From Octopus vulgaris (Eukaryota), in contig OX597823.1 in the NCBI GenBank assembly GCA_951406725.2, positions 4,774,001-4,838,000 on the forward strand: 64,000 nucleotides of DNA, written 5' to 3'. A model generated the notes under the pieces. That model was given only the letters and a program-made list of their open reading frames with translations. It had not been told where the DNA came from and did no database searches. A program made the position numbers and the translations under genes. The first letter of the stretch is position 1; each line of letters opens with the position of its first letter. Below are positions 24,741-38,188 of the stretch, in pieces.

Positions 24741-24989
24741 CGTATTTATTTTTATACCTATCTGTATTTTCATTTATGTGTGTGTGTAGCGGACGTTAAA
24801 CGATGATGATGATGATGATGATTATGTGTGTGTGTGTATTTATTTTTATTTGTGTGTGTGTATTTATTTTTATTTATATGTGTGTGTGTATTTATTTTCA
24901 TTTATTTATGTCTGTGTATATATCTGTCTGTCTCATCTTGTCTCCCTATCACTCTATCTCCTTGCCTACCTTTCTGTAAATCTTCACAG

Positions 24990-25119
24990 CATTGGCAGCA
25001 TACGCAAACTGTGCATTTGGTACTTGTTCAAAAGCTTTTATAAAACTCGAATCTTTGGAAACCTTGGATCCAGCCCAAAGAAAACAATATGAAGAGATGG
25101 CATTTGAAATATTTTCCAG
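24990..25119 (+). CDS. WDR35: WDR35 exon
   Basis: tcttcacag|...ag|gttggc; (A)[42 protein letters not shown]; [12 protein letters not shown] is a WDR35 signature; phase 1-2. Confidence 0.96.
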
Positions 25120-25467
25120 GTTGGCAACTTTAAAATCAATTAGTATTTTTCATATTTTATTTTGTTCTTGTACCTGTAATATAGGAAATTGATATGAAAA
25201 GAATGAATGTCATGCTTAATTCTTTATGACACAAGAGTGTCAGTTGTCTGAAAGTATGGTAGCAGTAAGTGGCAACAATCTTCCTTAAATACATTGCTGT
25301 TATACTAGTGAAAGAGTTGTTTCTTACTATACTTAGAAATCCATAGTTTGCGGGAATAGAGTGACTACCAGCTCTTATGTTTAGAGTGTTGATATCAAAT
25401 TAAGTTGAGTTGTAATTAAAAAATTGTTTCATCTTTTTTTATCAGAAGTGCCCATTACTCATTACAA

Positions 25468-25797
25468 TAGGGGTTTTCAACCAGGGTCCATGTAAGATTT
25501 TAGGAGGTCCATGCTAGCAAAATAGTAAATTGGGGATCTACAGTAACATTTTAAGGGTCCGTGAAAAATTTTGATTTAGATGTATTTATTGCAAGAAACA
25601 GCCAGGTTTCTTTCTCTGATGTTTTACAGAGTTCAATCCCCAGGAGTGAATGTGTGATTAACAAAATAGGAATTTTGAAAGAAGTCTATAGAACTGCTTT
25701 TTAAGCATTGAATGGCTATGGAGCAGGGTCCACCACAATAAAATAGTTATAAAAAGGGTCAAGGGGTCCATAGATAAGAAATGGTTGAGAACCACTG
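25468..25797. mobile_element. hAT MITE
   Basis: TAGGGGTTTTCAACC...GGTTGAGAACCACTG; 8-bp TSD cattacaa/cattacag. Confidence 0.8.
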
Positions 25798-25986
25798 CAT
25801 TACAGGGATTTTGGAGATTTGTGATGGTGATGATGGTGATGATGATGATGACAGTCTCAGATATACATTTTAAATGGAAGTCAATTACATAGAGTTTTGA
25901 CATTCTGAAATTATGAAGTGGCAGGAGGTTGCATCCAGTCTTGAAAAAATTCTAAGAACCCCACACGCATGCACGCGCGCGCACGT

Positions 25987-26056
<70 letters not shown>

Positions 26057-29000
26057 CTGTACGTGTCTGTATACAAGAGATTTATTGAAGTGAAATAACT
26101 AGAACATAAGTGCAATGCAGTTAATATTTGAAGCACTGTAATTTACTAATTAATTGGTTAAAACAAATGGTTGAAATATGAGATGTATGGTGGTGCAGTC
26201 TTGATTTCAAATATTTTGCATATTGTTCAGCTTGCACAAATGCTTTCAAGTACTGTGCAGTGACACCACCATGGGGCATTGCATTGAGGTGTTATACATG
26301 TCATAACAAGCTGCTAGCAAGTGTTATAAAAACTCTCCACAGACAGCTCAAATACTTAACATTTTTATGACCATATTTATGTTGAGACACTCTGCCTTTT
26401 AATCATCATCGTCATCATCCTCATTTAATGTCTACTTTTCCTTGATCGCACGGGTCAAATGGAATTTGGTAAAGCAGATTTTCTACAACTGGTTGCTCTT
26501 CCTGTTGCTGACCATCACCTGTTGCCAAGCAAGCTAATATATTCTGTGTCCAGATGTGTTGTCTTTTCATGGAAAATTGGAAATAAATAATGTCATTTGT
26601 TTGACGGTGATGCTGTTGAGCGAATGGTCTTTGTCCCAGAGCTTGCAAGATGGAAGAAGTCCAAAACGTGGTCCTTTGCTATTTGTAAGACCCGCAGAAG
26701 AGAAAGCAGGTCAACCCCTGACACCGCGAGCATTGACAGATGGATGAATGCGCATCCAGGCTCAGCGGTTGCGTAGGAAGTCAGGGACAAGAAACAGGAA
26801 GAAAGAGTGAGAGAAAGTTGGAGCGAAAGAGTACAACAGGGGTTGCCACCACCCCCTGCTGGAGCCTCGTGGAGCTTTAGGTGTTTTCGCTCAATAAACA
26901 CACACAACGCCCGGTCTGGGAATCAAAACCGCAATTCTCCGACCACAAGTCCACTGCCCTAACCATTGGGCCATTGCGCTTCCACTGACGGTGATGCTTA
27001 TTTCCAACTGTCGCATGATATCTAAACAAGGACACACACAAGGTCACGGTCACGCGCACACACACACACACACACGTACACGCATACACACACACAGACG
27101 ATGGACTTCTTCCAGTTTCTGTGTACCAAATCCACTCAGAGGGTTTTGGTCGGCCTAGGTGCTGTGCAGTGGGACTGAACCTGAGACCATGTAGTTAGGA
27201 AGCAAACTTCTTAACCACACAACCAAGCCAGTGTCTATCCATGCCTAGTATTAAGCTGGTGTTTGGATCATAAATTAACATGAAATTTTGATGGAAGTTT
27301 TTAATTTAGATCACTTCAAAAACAGGAATTTTGTATCATAGAACCAATCTCAGGTACATAGATACGAAAAGGGTGAAATCACACTCTAACATCATTGGTT
27401 GATGTAGTCTGGGAATTACTGTGATTAAATAATAAAATGATTGGATGGTCATGGCTGGAGTACCTATGAAAATTGCTTTGCTTAACCATATTATTGTTGA
27501 AATACACTGCCTTTGTTTCAATTAATTTTAAAGATAATGACAAATTTAGTAAAATAACTTTGTCATTTTTAAGCTGATGTTTGGAACATAAATTAATATG
27601 AAATTCTGATGGAAGATTCTAATTTAGATCACTTTAACCCTTTAACATTTAAACCAGACATATCTGATCAAAATATTTTCTGTTTTATGTTCATACCAAC
27701 TAGGTCCAGCCTCTTGCACCTATCCTACAATGTCGTTCTAAAAATATATAGTCATGTAAAAAACACCCAAACTGGTGTCACATAAATGGCACACATTCTG
27801 GTGCCATATAAAAAGCATCTGTGCTGGTGCCACGTAAAAATCACCCAGTTCACTCTGTAAAGTTGTTGGCATTAGGAAGTGCATCCAGCTGTAGAAACCC
27901 TGCTAAAATAGACAGTTGAAGCCTGGTGCAGCTCGCCAGCTTGCTAACTCATGCCAGCATGGAAAACAGATGTTTAATGATGACGGTGATGACAACGATG
28001 ACATCCTCAAAGCCATTTGATAAAGCTTGATCAATTCAAAACAATGTGAGTAAATAAGTCTGACATTTTACAGAATAATGTAAATGCTAAAAGGTTAAAT
28101 CAGAAAGTTTGTATCACAGAACTAAGGACAGTCTCAGGTAGGTCGGTATCAAAAGGGTCAAATGTAGAACGGCAATCTTGACTATCATAATTATTTCAAA
28201 GCAGTTCAACAAAAGAGACTAATAGAAAAAGTACCAGACTTCAAAATAAATACTGGCGTCAATTTGTTCAACTAAACTAAAATTCTTCAAGGCAATGCCC
28301 CAGCATGGCTGCAGTCTAATGACTGAAACAAGTAAAAGATAAAAGAGAAAAGATGTCATTGTTTTGTTTTATTTCATTTCATTTTAAGGTAATAAATATT
28401 TTTCTTTGAAAATTAGTATTTATTTTGTATACGCACCAAGAAATATGATGAAATTTAAATTATAATTATTACATGCATGCCATATTTCCTGGTATCTGCC
28501 ATGGCTGGTAACACCAGTTTTATTTAATAATATAACAAAGTATTGCATGGTTGCACAGTGCAACTTGCACTCATTAATTAACATGAAATGTAATTATAAA
28601 GCAAGCAAATAAAAATAATAGCAATGATTTATTTTACAAATTTAGAAAGTAATTACCTACATACTAATTGTGGTCTTTGAAGAATAAACATCACAATAGG
28701 TCAAGGATAATTTAGGTTCAGGAATCTGAAGCAATTCTTGTCTTGGCGCCATTTACTGCTCAGTGGTAGTGTAGCCATGATGTGACTTTTAAAACCAGGC
28801 TTCCACTGAACTCAAGAAGTCTCTCTGTGTGTGGAGTTTAACAGGCATAAATGCTGACAAATGATTGATGAGAATTCACAGGAGGGGTGGTAGTGATGGT
28901 GGTGGTGGTGGTGATGGTAGTGGCAGCAGTGGAGGCAGCAATGGTGATGTTGTCATCATCATCACCATCACCATCAAGTTTATTTGACTGAATCCTGTCT

Positions 29001-30299
29001 CTCATTTTTCCATGGACTTCTTTCTCACCAAATTGCTTATTGCAACTTGTAATTAGTGAAAAACCCTTTTGGTGGCATATTTCTGTTGAATCATACTACC
29101 TTTCTCTCAATTGATTTTGAAAATAATGAAAAATTTAGTAAAATAACTTTGTTGTTTTTAAGCCAGTGCTTGAGACCTAATAAATTAGTGTGAAATCTTG
29201 GTGGAAGGTTTTTAACTTAGATCACTTTTCAACTGGGAATTTGTATCATAGAAGAACCATGGATAATCTCAGGTGGATTTGTATCATGAAAGTTAAATTA
29301 CACTTTATCATTATTGGATGATGTAGTTTGAGAATTACTGTCATTAAATTTTTAAAATGACTTGATGATCATGGCGGCTGGAATGCCTTTGAACAAAGGT
29401 TGCTTAATCCTTTTGTTAACATTTCTGTCATTGTTTCAATTAATATGGAAAATAACAGAATTTAATAAAACAGCTTTGTTGCTCTCAAGCTGGTGTTTGG
29501 AACATGCAATTTTGATAGAGGGCTTTAATTCAGATTCCTTTAAAACAGGAAGTTTCTATCATAGAACCAGGGGCAGTCCAGATGGATTGATATTAAAAAG
29601 GGTTAAAGACAGTGCCAAATTACAACATCAGGGCAATATTCCTTTGTGGAGGTCTTGTTTTGCAAGTTACTTTGTGACTTAATTAATGCCAAAGGAGACT
29701 TTGGAGTGTGTGCAGCCCTCTAGTTAGTCGGACCCTATCAAACCATGAAACCCATTCCAGCATAGAATATGGATGTTATATGAGGATGACGATGACAAGG
29801 AGGGATTAGTGTAAGACAGGGCTTGATACCAACCAAAGACCACAAGGTTTTTGTTTCAAGTACCATTAAAGTTATGACTGATGAGACAACAGTTCAATAG
29901 ATGCTTACCAATTGTTGCAGCTTCCTAATCAGACACCTCAAGTAGATTTAAGACCATAGAATCAGGATCACCTTTCTTATCACTTTCATATTTCAAATAA
30001 ATGATCTTAGGGTGATCTTAATGTTCAGGTTTGAGGCTTCTTCCATGATAAAAGAAATTTCGCCATTTATTTGCTTTATCTGATGGCAAATTGTCATTTC
30101 TATATTAACGAGTAATCTTGCAGTGGACTGACATCCTATTCAAGAGGATTGTTGTGATCGTGGTCCCTTCTATGGAAATCTCTATGAGTCCTAAGACTCA
30201 AGACAATAAGTTTCAAGGGGCTGACATGATTTAATGTTGTCCGCTTCCATTATCAATGCCATTTTTCTTTTGTAGTTCCAATTAGCTAGAATGACAATC

Positions 30300-30620
30300 G
30301 TCATCATCATCATCATCGTTTAACGTCCGTTTTCCATGCTAGCATGAGTTGGACGATTTTGACTGAGGGCTGGCGAACCAGATGGTTGCACCAGGCTCCA
30401 ATCTTGATTTGGCAGGGTTTCTACAGTTGGATTTCCTTCCTAATGCCAACCACTCTGAGAGGGTAGTGGGTGCTTTTTGCATGCCACGGGCACAGAGGCC
30501 AGTCAGGCAGTACTGGCAATGACCTCGCTTGAATCTTTTTACACATGCCACTGGCACAGGTGCCAGTAAGGCGACGCTGGTAACAATCACGCTAGAATGG
30601 TGCCCTTTTACGTGCCACCA
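30300..30620 (-). mobile_element. RTE LINE 3' tail
   Basis: reverse complement of 36500-36831-type sequence. Confidence 0.9.
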
Positions 30621-30779
30621 GCAGAGAAACATTGAACAAGTAGTTGAAATGGAACAGGAGAGTTTGGAGGAACACCAACTGCAAGAAACATTTTTGTTTG
30701 AGGATTTTTAAAAGAATTTATTGAATTATTGAAATCTTTTGTTTTAAAGGGTTTTTTTTTTTTTGCTTTTTATTTTCAG

Positions 30780-30848
30780 ACACACTCCAAAGGATTCCAA
30801 ATACAATCAGGTTGAGTGTCCGAGCTGTTCATCTACCATGCCCGATTG
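30780..30848 (+). CDS. WDR35: WDR35 exon (first CxxC of C-terminal zinc-binding region)
   Basis: long polyT tract, tttcag|...tg|gtaagt; (R)HTPKDSKYNQVECPSCSSTMPD(W); phase 2-2. Confidence 0.92.
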
Positions 30849-31298
30849 GTAAGTATTTGTCGTTGCTATTTCTAAGTCTGTGGCCTCAGGCATTGAAGTA
30901 TTTCTATTACCTTGTTTGGAAACAGAAGATTGGTGTAAGAAAGGGGTACCTGGCTGTAGAAAAAAACCCTGCCCTAATGTACTGTCATCTGGTCCAGGCA
31001 AGCATGGAAGAATGGATGTTAAAACAATGGAGATGATGGTGGCAGTGGTGGTGTTGCTGTTGGTGGTGGTTTTCCTGATGAGGATGATGATTATTTAAGT
31101 CTTGTTTGCAATCAATACAGGCATACATAAGTCCAACCTAATAATTTGTAACAAATTGAAACACTGCTCTTTAAATCAATGATAAATATAAATAGCTTCT
31201 TGGATTCGTGGAGAGATTGTGATTTTATCCTCTGAAGTTACAGGGGAGAGGACATACATTATATATATATATATATAATTTCTTTATTTGTGAATTAA

Positions 31299-31493
31299 GG
31301 CTACCATTGGTTTCATGTTAAGAAGAGTAGGATCCAAGTACCTTTACACTTTTTGAAGCCAGTCACAGGGAGAAAGGTGTTCATCTGTTTTCGAAAATGG
31401 GGGAAAACACCTTTCTCCATGTGATTGGCTTGAAAGATTGTTAAGGTACTTGGATATTCTCCTACTCTTCTTTACATGAAACCAATGGAAGCC
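31299..31493. repeat. ~195-bp fold-back (MITE-like) element
   Basis: ggctaccattggtttcatgt..agaaaggtgtt / aacacctttct..acatgaaaccaatggaagcc. Confidence 0.85.
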
Positions 31494-31619
31494 GGACGGA
31501 CGTTAAACGACGATGATGATGATGATGATATATTCAATGCGGTGTTGAGCACTCATTCCAACGTTCTAAATATATATATATATATATATACACATACATA
31601 TACATACATACATATATAC

Positions 31620-31944
31620 ATTGACTGGCTCCTGTGCTGGTGGCACGTAAAAAGCACCATCCGAACATGGAGGATGCTAGTACCCCCTGGCTGGCTCCCT
31701 TGCTGGTGGCACATAAAAAGCACTATTCGACCGTGGTTGATGCCAGTACCGCCTTACTGGCTCCTGTGCACCCCACTACACTCTCAGAGTAGTTGGCATT
31801 AGGAAGGGTATCCAGCTGTAGAAACATTGCCAGATCAAGATTGAAGCCTGGTGCGGCCACCTGGCTTGCCAGCCCTCAGTCAAACTATCCAACCCATGCC
31901 AGCATGGAAAACAGACGTTAAATGATGATGATGATGATGATGAT
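31620..31944 (+). mobile_element. RTE LINE 3' tail
   Basis: UTR repeats plus (GAT)n tail. Confidence 0.88.
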
Positions 31945-32842
31945 ATATACAACTGGCATTGTTTCAAATGTTATCCACAGCAAATCACTCAGAAATGAGC
32001 TCCAGAGAAATCTTTTTTTAATTTTAAAAAAAATAAAAATGTAACATATTTGTTGTCAAGTAAGTGATAGTGTCTCTTTAAGAGGAAATGGTGTGATTGG
32101 ATCTGGGTGGATCTGGCAGAACAAAGACAAGAAGGGTGGACTGCTGTATTTTATTTTAGACACCCAGTTAACCTAGGCCTGCTGGTAGGGAAAAATAAGT
32201 GTTAAAAACAGGGGGGGGGGTAGATGTGGTGGTGGTGGTTAATGTTATGGATACTTGTGGCGATAGTGTTGATGGTGATAAGATTGATCAGAATGATGGT
32301 GGTGGTGGTGGTGGGAGAAGGGTGATGAATGCAGGGAGGTTAGTGATGTTGCCGATGATGATGATGATTGATGATGATGATGATAGTGCGGTTAATGATA
32401 GCAAATATATGATGACGATGGTAGTGGTGGTGAGAATGAGGGTGAAGGTGATGAGGGGCGGTGGCAGCAATGGTGATGAAGATGGTTGCAATCGTGATGG
32501 TGGTGGTGGCAGTGATGGTGCTGATGCTGCCAGAGTAATGGTAGGTTGATGTTTACAGTCTCTGACAGCTTTCTAAAAGCACTAATAGCTCTAATGAATT
32601 TTAAAGTGTTGTTTTACTGATATTATCATGATTTACAGCGATAACCTGACCCAGTAGGGCTTATGTACCTATGTACTCATTCAACCCTAAGCAGCCTCAC
32701 TGGCAAATTACCTCTCAGATAATCCTGTCCCTGCACCACCCTGGTTTCGAAATAGTCTGACAGGGGTGAGGGCAATTATGGTCTAAGTCCTAAATCTTTT
32801 AGTGTGGCCACCCTGTAACTCTTTACTGCAGGATTTATCACC

Positions 32843-32873
<31 letters not shown>

Positions 32874-34273
32874 CTATCATCACTATCATCATCATCACTA
32901 TCATCACTATCATCATCATCACTATCATCATTATCATCATCAAAATTACAACTGATGCCAGCATAGTTGTCATTATCATCATCATAATCATCATCTATTT
33001 CTTTACTACCCACAAGGGGCTAAACACAGAGGGGACAAACAAGGACAGACAAATGGATTTAAGTCGATTACATCGACCCCCAGTGCATAACTGGTACTTA
33101 ATTTATCGACCCCGAAAGGATGAAAGGCAAAGTTGACCTCGGCAGAATTTGAACTCAGAACATAGCGGCAGACGAAATACCAGTAAACATTTCGCCCAGC
33201 GTGCTAATGTATCTGCCAGCTCACATCATCATTATCATCAAAAGTATCATCACTATCATCATCGTTTAACATCTACCTTGCCATGCTTGTGTGGGCCAGG
33301 GGGAATTAGTTGAGAAAGATTTCCTACAGCTGGATGCTCTTCCTGTTGCCAACCCTCACCTGTTTCCAAGCAAGGTGATACTTCCCCCATGGCCAGACAT
33401 GTTTTTTGTGGAAGACTGGCAAGAAACAAACAACGCTGCTTATATGACAATGATGCTAGTTTATGACCATCACATGAGGTCAAGAAAAGGCACAAGCACA
33501 CACACACACACACATACACACACATACATATACAAATACACATTCTTACATAAACACACACATACATATACATATATACATACATATGTACATACAAACA
33601 CACACACTCACACACACAGGACAACAGGCTTCTTTCAGTTTCCATCTGCCAAATCCACTCACAAGGTTTTGTTTGGCCTGGAGCTTTATCGGAAGATACT
33701 TGCCCCGAGGTGCCACACAATGGGATTGAACCTGAGGCCACACATTTGGGAAGTAAGCTTCTTAACGAAGCAGCCATACCTGTTCTACAATAAAGACAGA
33801 ATGGCCACCACACTGGAATGATGCAACTGGAAATTATCTGACACAACGGATGACATCATGCATTTCCTTATTTATTACTTGCTGCAAGGTATTCACTTGT
33901 GGGCTTCCATACTTTTCTCAACTGGATTTCCACAACCAGAGACACGAAGCAGCAACAACAACAGGTTCGGCTGCAATAACACCTCCACCCCCCACCCCCC
34001 ACCACCACCTCCATAAAATTCCAAAATATCACCAAACAAAAGTCTGAGCAGTTCTTGTTATATTCCTTCATGTTCTGAGTTCAAATCTTGCTGGGGTTGG
34101 CTCATCTTTACCTTTTCTACCCTTCATGGGTGTGCAGTTAAGGTTACGGAAGTTCGCTTCCCAATCATGTGGCTTTGGGTTCAGTCCTACTACGCTGCAC
34201 CTATGGTCTTGTATAGCCTTGTGAGTTGATTTGGTGAACAGAAACAGAAAAACTTCCATTGTGTGCATGTGTG

Positions 34274-34323
<50 letters not shown>

Positions 34324-34326
<3 letters not shown>

Positions 34327-36831
34327 TGTGAGAGAGAATCCTGATGTGGTAGGAGAGAAATGTGTTCGCATGGATGATGGTTCACTTGCGCTGAATGAGG
34401 ATGCAAAGAGAAAGGTTTGGAGACACCACTATGAAAGGTTACTGAATAAGGAAAATGAATGGGATAAAGAGAGTCTGCCGAATGTCGACCCAACAGAGGG
34501 ACCAGCTGTCCAAGTTGATAGTTCCTTGGTAGTTAAGGCAATTAGAAGCATGAAGACAGGGAAAGCCCCAGGGCCATCAAGAATTACTGGAGAGATGCTC
34601 AAAATATCTGGCAGTGTCGGCTATAGCCTAGTCACCCGTATAGTTAACCAGGTGATACACGAAGGAGTCATACCCAAAGACTGGTGTAGCAGCATAATAG
34701 TCAACTGCTACAAAGGTAAAGGTGACGCTTTAGATACAGAGGTATCAAGCTGTTGGATCAGGTAATGAAGGTTACAGAGAAAGGGTCATAGCCCAACTGA
34801 TTAGGGAGAGAGTCAGCTTGGATGAGATGCAGTTTGGTTTCATGTCAGGGAAAAGCACCACTGATGCCATATTCCTGGTGAGACAGCTGCAGGAGAAATA
34901 CCTAGCCAAAGATAAGCCCCTGTACCTGGCTTTCGTTGACATGGAGAAAGCCTTCAACAGGGTCCCCTGATCCCTTATCTGGTGGTCAATGAGGAAACTA
35001 GGGATAGATGAATGGTTAGTGAGAGCTGTGCAAGCTATGTACAGGGACGCTGTAAGTAAGGTGAGGGTTGGCAACAAGTACACTGAAGAATTCAAGGTAG
35101 ACGTAGGATTCCACCAAGGTTCAATCCTCAGCCCCCTCCTATTTATCATAGTCCTCCAGGCAATAATGGAGGAATTCAAGACAGGATGCCCCTGGGAGCT
35201 CTTCTATGCTAATGACCTTGCTCTAATTGCTGAATCACTATCAGAACTAGAGGCGAAGTTTCAAGTGTGGAAACAAGGATTAGAATCGAAGGGCCTTAGA
35301 ATCAACCTAGCTAAAACCAAAGTCCTATGTAGGAAGGCAGGCAAACCACAAATCCCTTCAGGTAGATGGCCCTGTTCAATCTGTAGTAGAGGCATAGATA
35401 GAAATTCTATAAGATGTACCCAGTGTAAGCTATGGATACATAAGCAGTGCAGTAATATCAAAGGAAGGCTAACTGGGAAGATAGTTTTTGTATGTGGCAG
35501 ATGCTCAGGAGCAATAAACACTGAAAATGCTCTGAGACCAACTTCCGCCACATTCCAGGGAGAAAAACTAGAAGTAGTTGATAGCTTCCGTTACCTAGGG
35601 AACCAAGTCAGTAGCGGGGGTGGGTGTGCTGAAAGTGTAGCTGCTAGAATAAGAATAGCTTGGGCAAAGTTCAAAGAGCTCTTACCTCTGCTGGTGACAA
35701 AGGGCCTCTCACCCAGAGTAAAAGGTAGACTGTATGATGCCTGTGTACGAACAGCCATGCTACATGGCAGTGAAACATGGGCTGTGACTGCTGAGAACAT
35801 GCGTAAGCTCGCAAGGAATGAAGCCAGTATGATCCGATGGATGTGTAATGTCAGTGTGCATACTCGACATAGCGTAAGTACCTTGACAGAAAAGTTGGAC
35901 CTAAGAAGCATCAGATGTGGTGTGCAAGAGAGTTGACTGCATTGGTATGGTCATGTGGTGAGAATGGATGAGGATAGCTGTGTGAAAAAGTGCCACACCC
36001 TAGCGGTTGAGGGAACCTGTGGAAGAGGTAGACCTGGGATGAAGTGGTGAAGCACAACCTTCGAACTTTAGGCCTCACCAAGGAAATGACTAGTGACCGA
36101 GACCTTTGGAAATATGCCGTGCTTGAGAAGACCCGGCAAGCCAAGTGAGACCATAATCTCATGCCAGGGGCGTAACCAGCCCACTTATGCGTACCTTTTC
36201 CTTCTTTGGTCACTAAAACTCTGCTTGCGAAGACCTGTTGAGGCAAGTGAAATCAAATCAATCAAAAGCAAAATCAAAATCAAATTCGATGACTGGCGTC
36301 CCTGCTAGCAGGGTGCAAAGAGCACCATACGTGTGTGATCATTGACAGAGCGGCTAATCGGCTTCCATGACAGTGGCACATAAAAGGCACCATTCGAGTG
36401 TGATCGTTACCTGTGTCACCTTACTGGCACTTGTGCCCGTGCTAGTAGGGTGCCAAGAGCACCATCCGAGCATGATCGTTGCCAGAGCAGCCAACTGGCT
36501 TTCGTGCCATTGGCACGTAAAAGGGCACCATTTGAGCGAGATCGTTACCAAAGTCGCCTTACTGGCACCTGTGCTGGGGGTATGTGTAAAAGGATTCAAG
36601 CGAGGTCATTGCCATTACCTCCTGACTGGCCCCCGTGCCGGTGGCACGTAAAAAGCACCCACTACACTCATGGAGTGGTTGGTGTTAGGAAGGGCATCCA
36701 GCTGTAGAAGCTCTGCCAGATCAAGATTGGAGCCTGGTGCAGCCATCTGGTTCACAAGCCTCAGTCAAAATCGTCCAACCCATGCTAGCATGGAAAGCGG
36801 ACGTTAAACGATGATGATGATGATGATGATG
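34324..36831 (+). mobile_element. 5'-truncated RTE-clade LINE (RT, PHD finger, structured 3' UTR, (GAT)n tail); inactive
   Basis: GKAPGP, QFGF..GKSTTDAIFLVRQLQEK, AFVDMEKAF, HQGSILSPLLF, YANDL (YADD mutated), FRYLG, MLHGSETW; frameshifts and stops; preceded by (TA)n. Confidence 0.95.
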
Positions 36832-36916
36832 TATACATTCAAAATGTGACCGTGTGTGTTTCGTTGGCGATTTTTTTCCGTCCGTCTTCCCTTCCTTGGA
36901 TCTTTCCTTTTCCTAT

Positions 36917-36951
36917 GTTTCTGACGAAGAGCTCCGCTCGAAATGTTAAAT
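36917..36951 (+). ncRNA. minimal hammerhead motif (stem III damaged)
   Basis: gttt CTGACGA A GAGC tcc GCTC GAAA tgtt aaat; within a short TA-flanked element ~36833-37062. Confidence 0.55.
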
Positions 36952-38188
36952 CCTTCTTCTTTCTTTCCTTTCCTGATCATCCAATAACACTATACTTGTT
37001 CCATGTCCTTGCGTTGTTGTGTTTTCTCTTTGTGTTTTCATGTTTGGATTAACTTTAACAATATATATATATACATATATATATGGTTTCTTCTTTTTTG
37101 CTTGGACACTGGCTTTTAACAATAGGTTTCCCTTATCTCGAAAAGTAATTTTTAATCGAAAAAATTTCTAAACGATGAACATTTATCTTACCTTATATAT
37201 TATTTATTTATATGTTTCCTATATATATGTATTTTTATATCATTTTATATATCTATATATTTATATATTTCTTTATATTTTTATGTATTTATTATTCTAG
37301 ATGTTGTAATGTTAAAAAATATATATTTTTTTAGTCGCTAAAGTATTAATCATCAACTTTTAACCGCGATGGACTGTATTCACACATTTTTCTTATGTTT
37401 TTCTTATATGCTTGTACTGATGAGTTGTGTTTCATCTTCCGTGATGTTATGCATCTATATTCAATGTGAAAGAGAAAGCATTATGTGATGATTAAATGTT
37501 CGAGATATGAAATGTTACGTGGATGACCTTATATTTGTTTGTTCTGCAACCATATATAATATATATACATATATATATATACATATACGTATACATACAT
37601 ACATACATACATACATATACAAGTGAGAAAGAGAGAAAAACACACACACACACATGGGTGTGTGTTTATTTACATTTGCTCTCTGTTAAAGTTGCTTGCT
37701 AAGAGAAGTGCTGTCATTGTCACTTATGTAAAACAATCATCCATTCAGTTCTTGCCTTCAAATGCATCTAAGATAAGTGATCTTTATTTGAAAAAACAAT
37801 AAGGGACAGGAAGGGTGTTCAACTATAAAACAATGCCTCGATAATGTGTTGCTTTAATACAGGTGGTGACAAAGGCTTTAATATTGACCTTTGTGGGGTC
37901 TTGTCTACTAGGGGTCAATAAACACCTGAAATGATTTTGAGCATTAAGGATGTTGAATTATTCACAAATTGAATCTGGAAGAGTGTGAAATTTAAACTTA
38001 AAACTCACCAAATTTCAATGTGATATTCATTTCAAATTTTGGCATAGTAAGTTCAGAGGAGGTGGGCAAGTCAATTACATCGACCCCAGTGCTTGACTGG
38101 TACTTATTTTATCAACCCTCAAAAGGATGAATGATAAAATTGACCTCGGCAGAATTTGAACTCAGAACATAAAGAAGACGAAATACTG

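Noticed and set aside
36221-36256. CTGTTGA-GGCAAGT-GAAA in the RTE 3' UTR as a hammerhead
   Set aside because: No stem I partner or NUH found; the conserved feature across copies is a CTTGC/GCAAG hairpin and the core varies (CATGTTGG, GAAG, GAGG)
36285-36665. CRISPR-like repeat/spacer appearance of RTE 3' UTR units
   Set aside because: Inter-repeat segments are homologous to each other, the array lies within a LINE UTR, the context is eukaryotic and no cas genes are present
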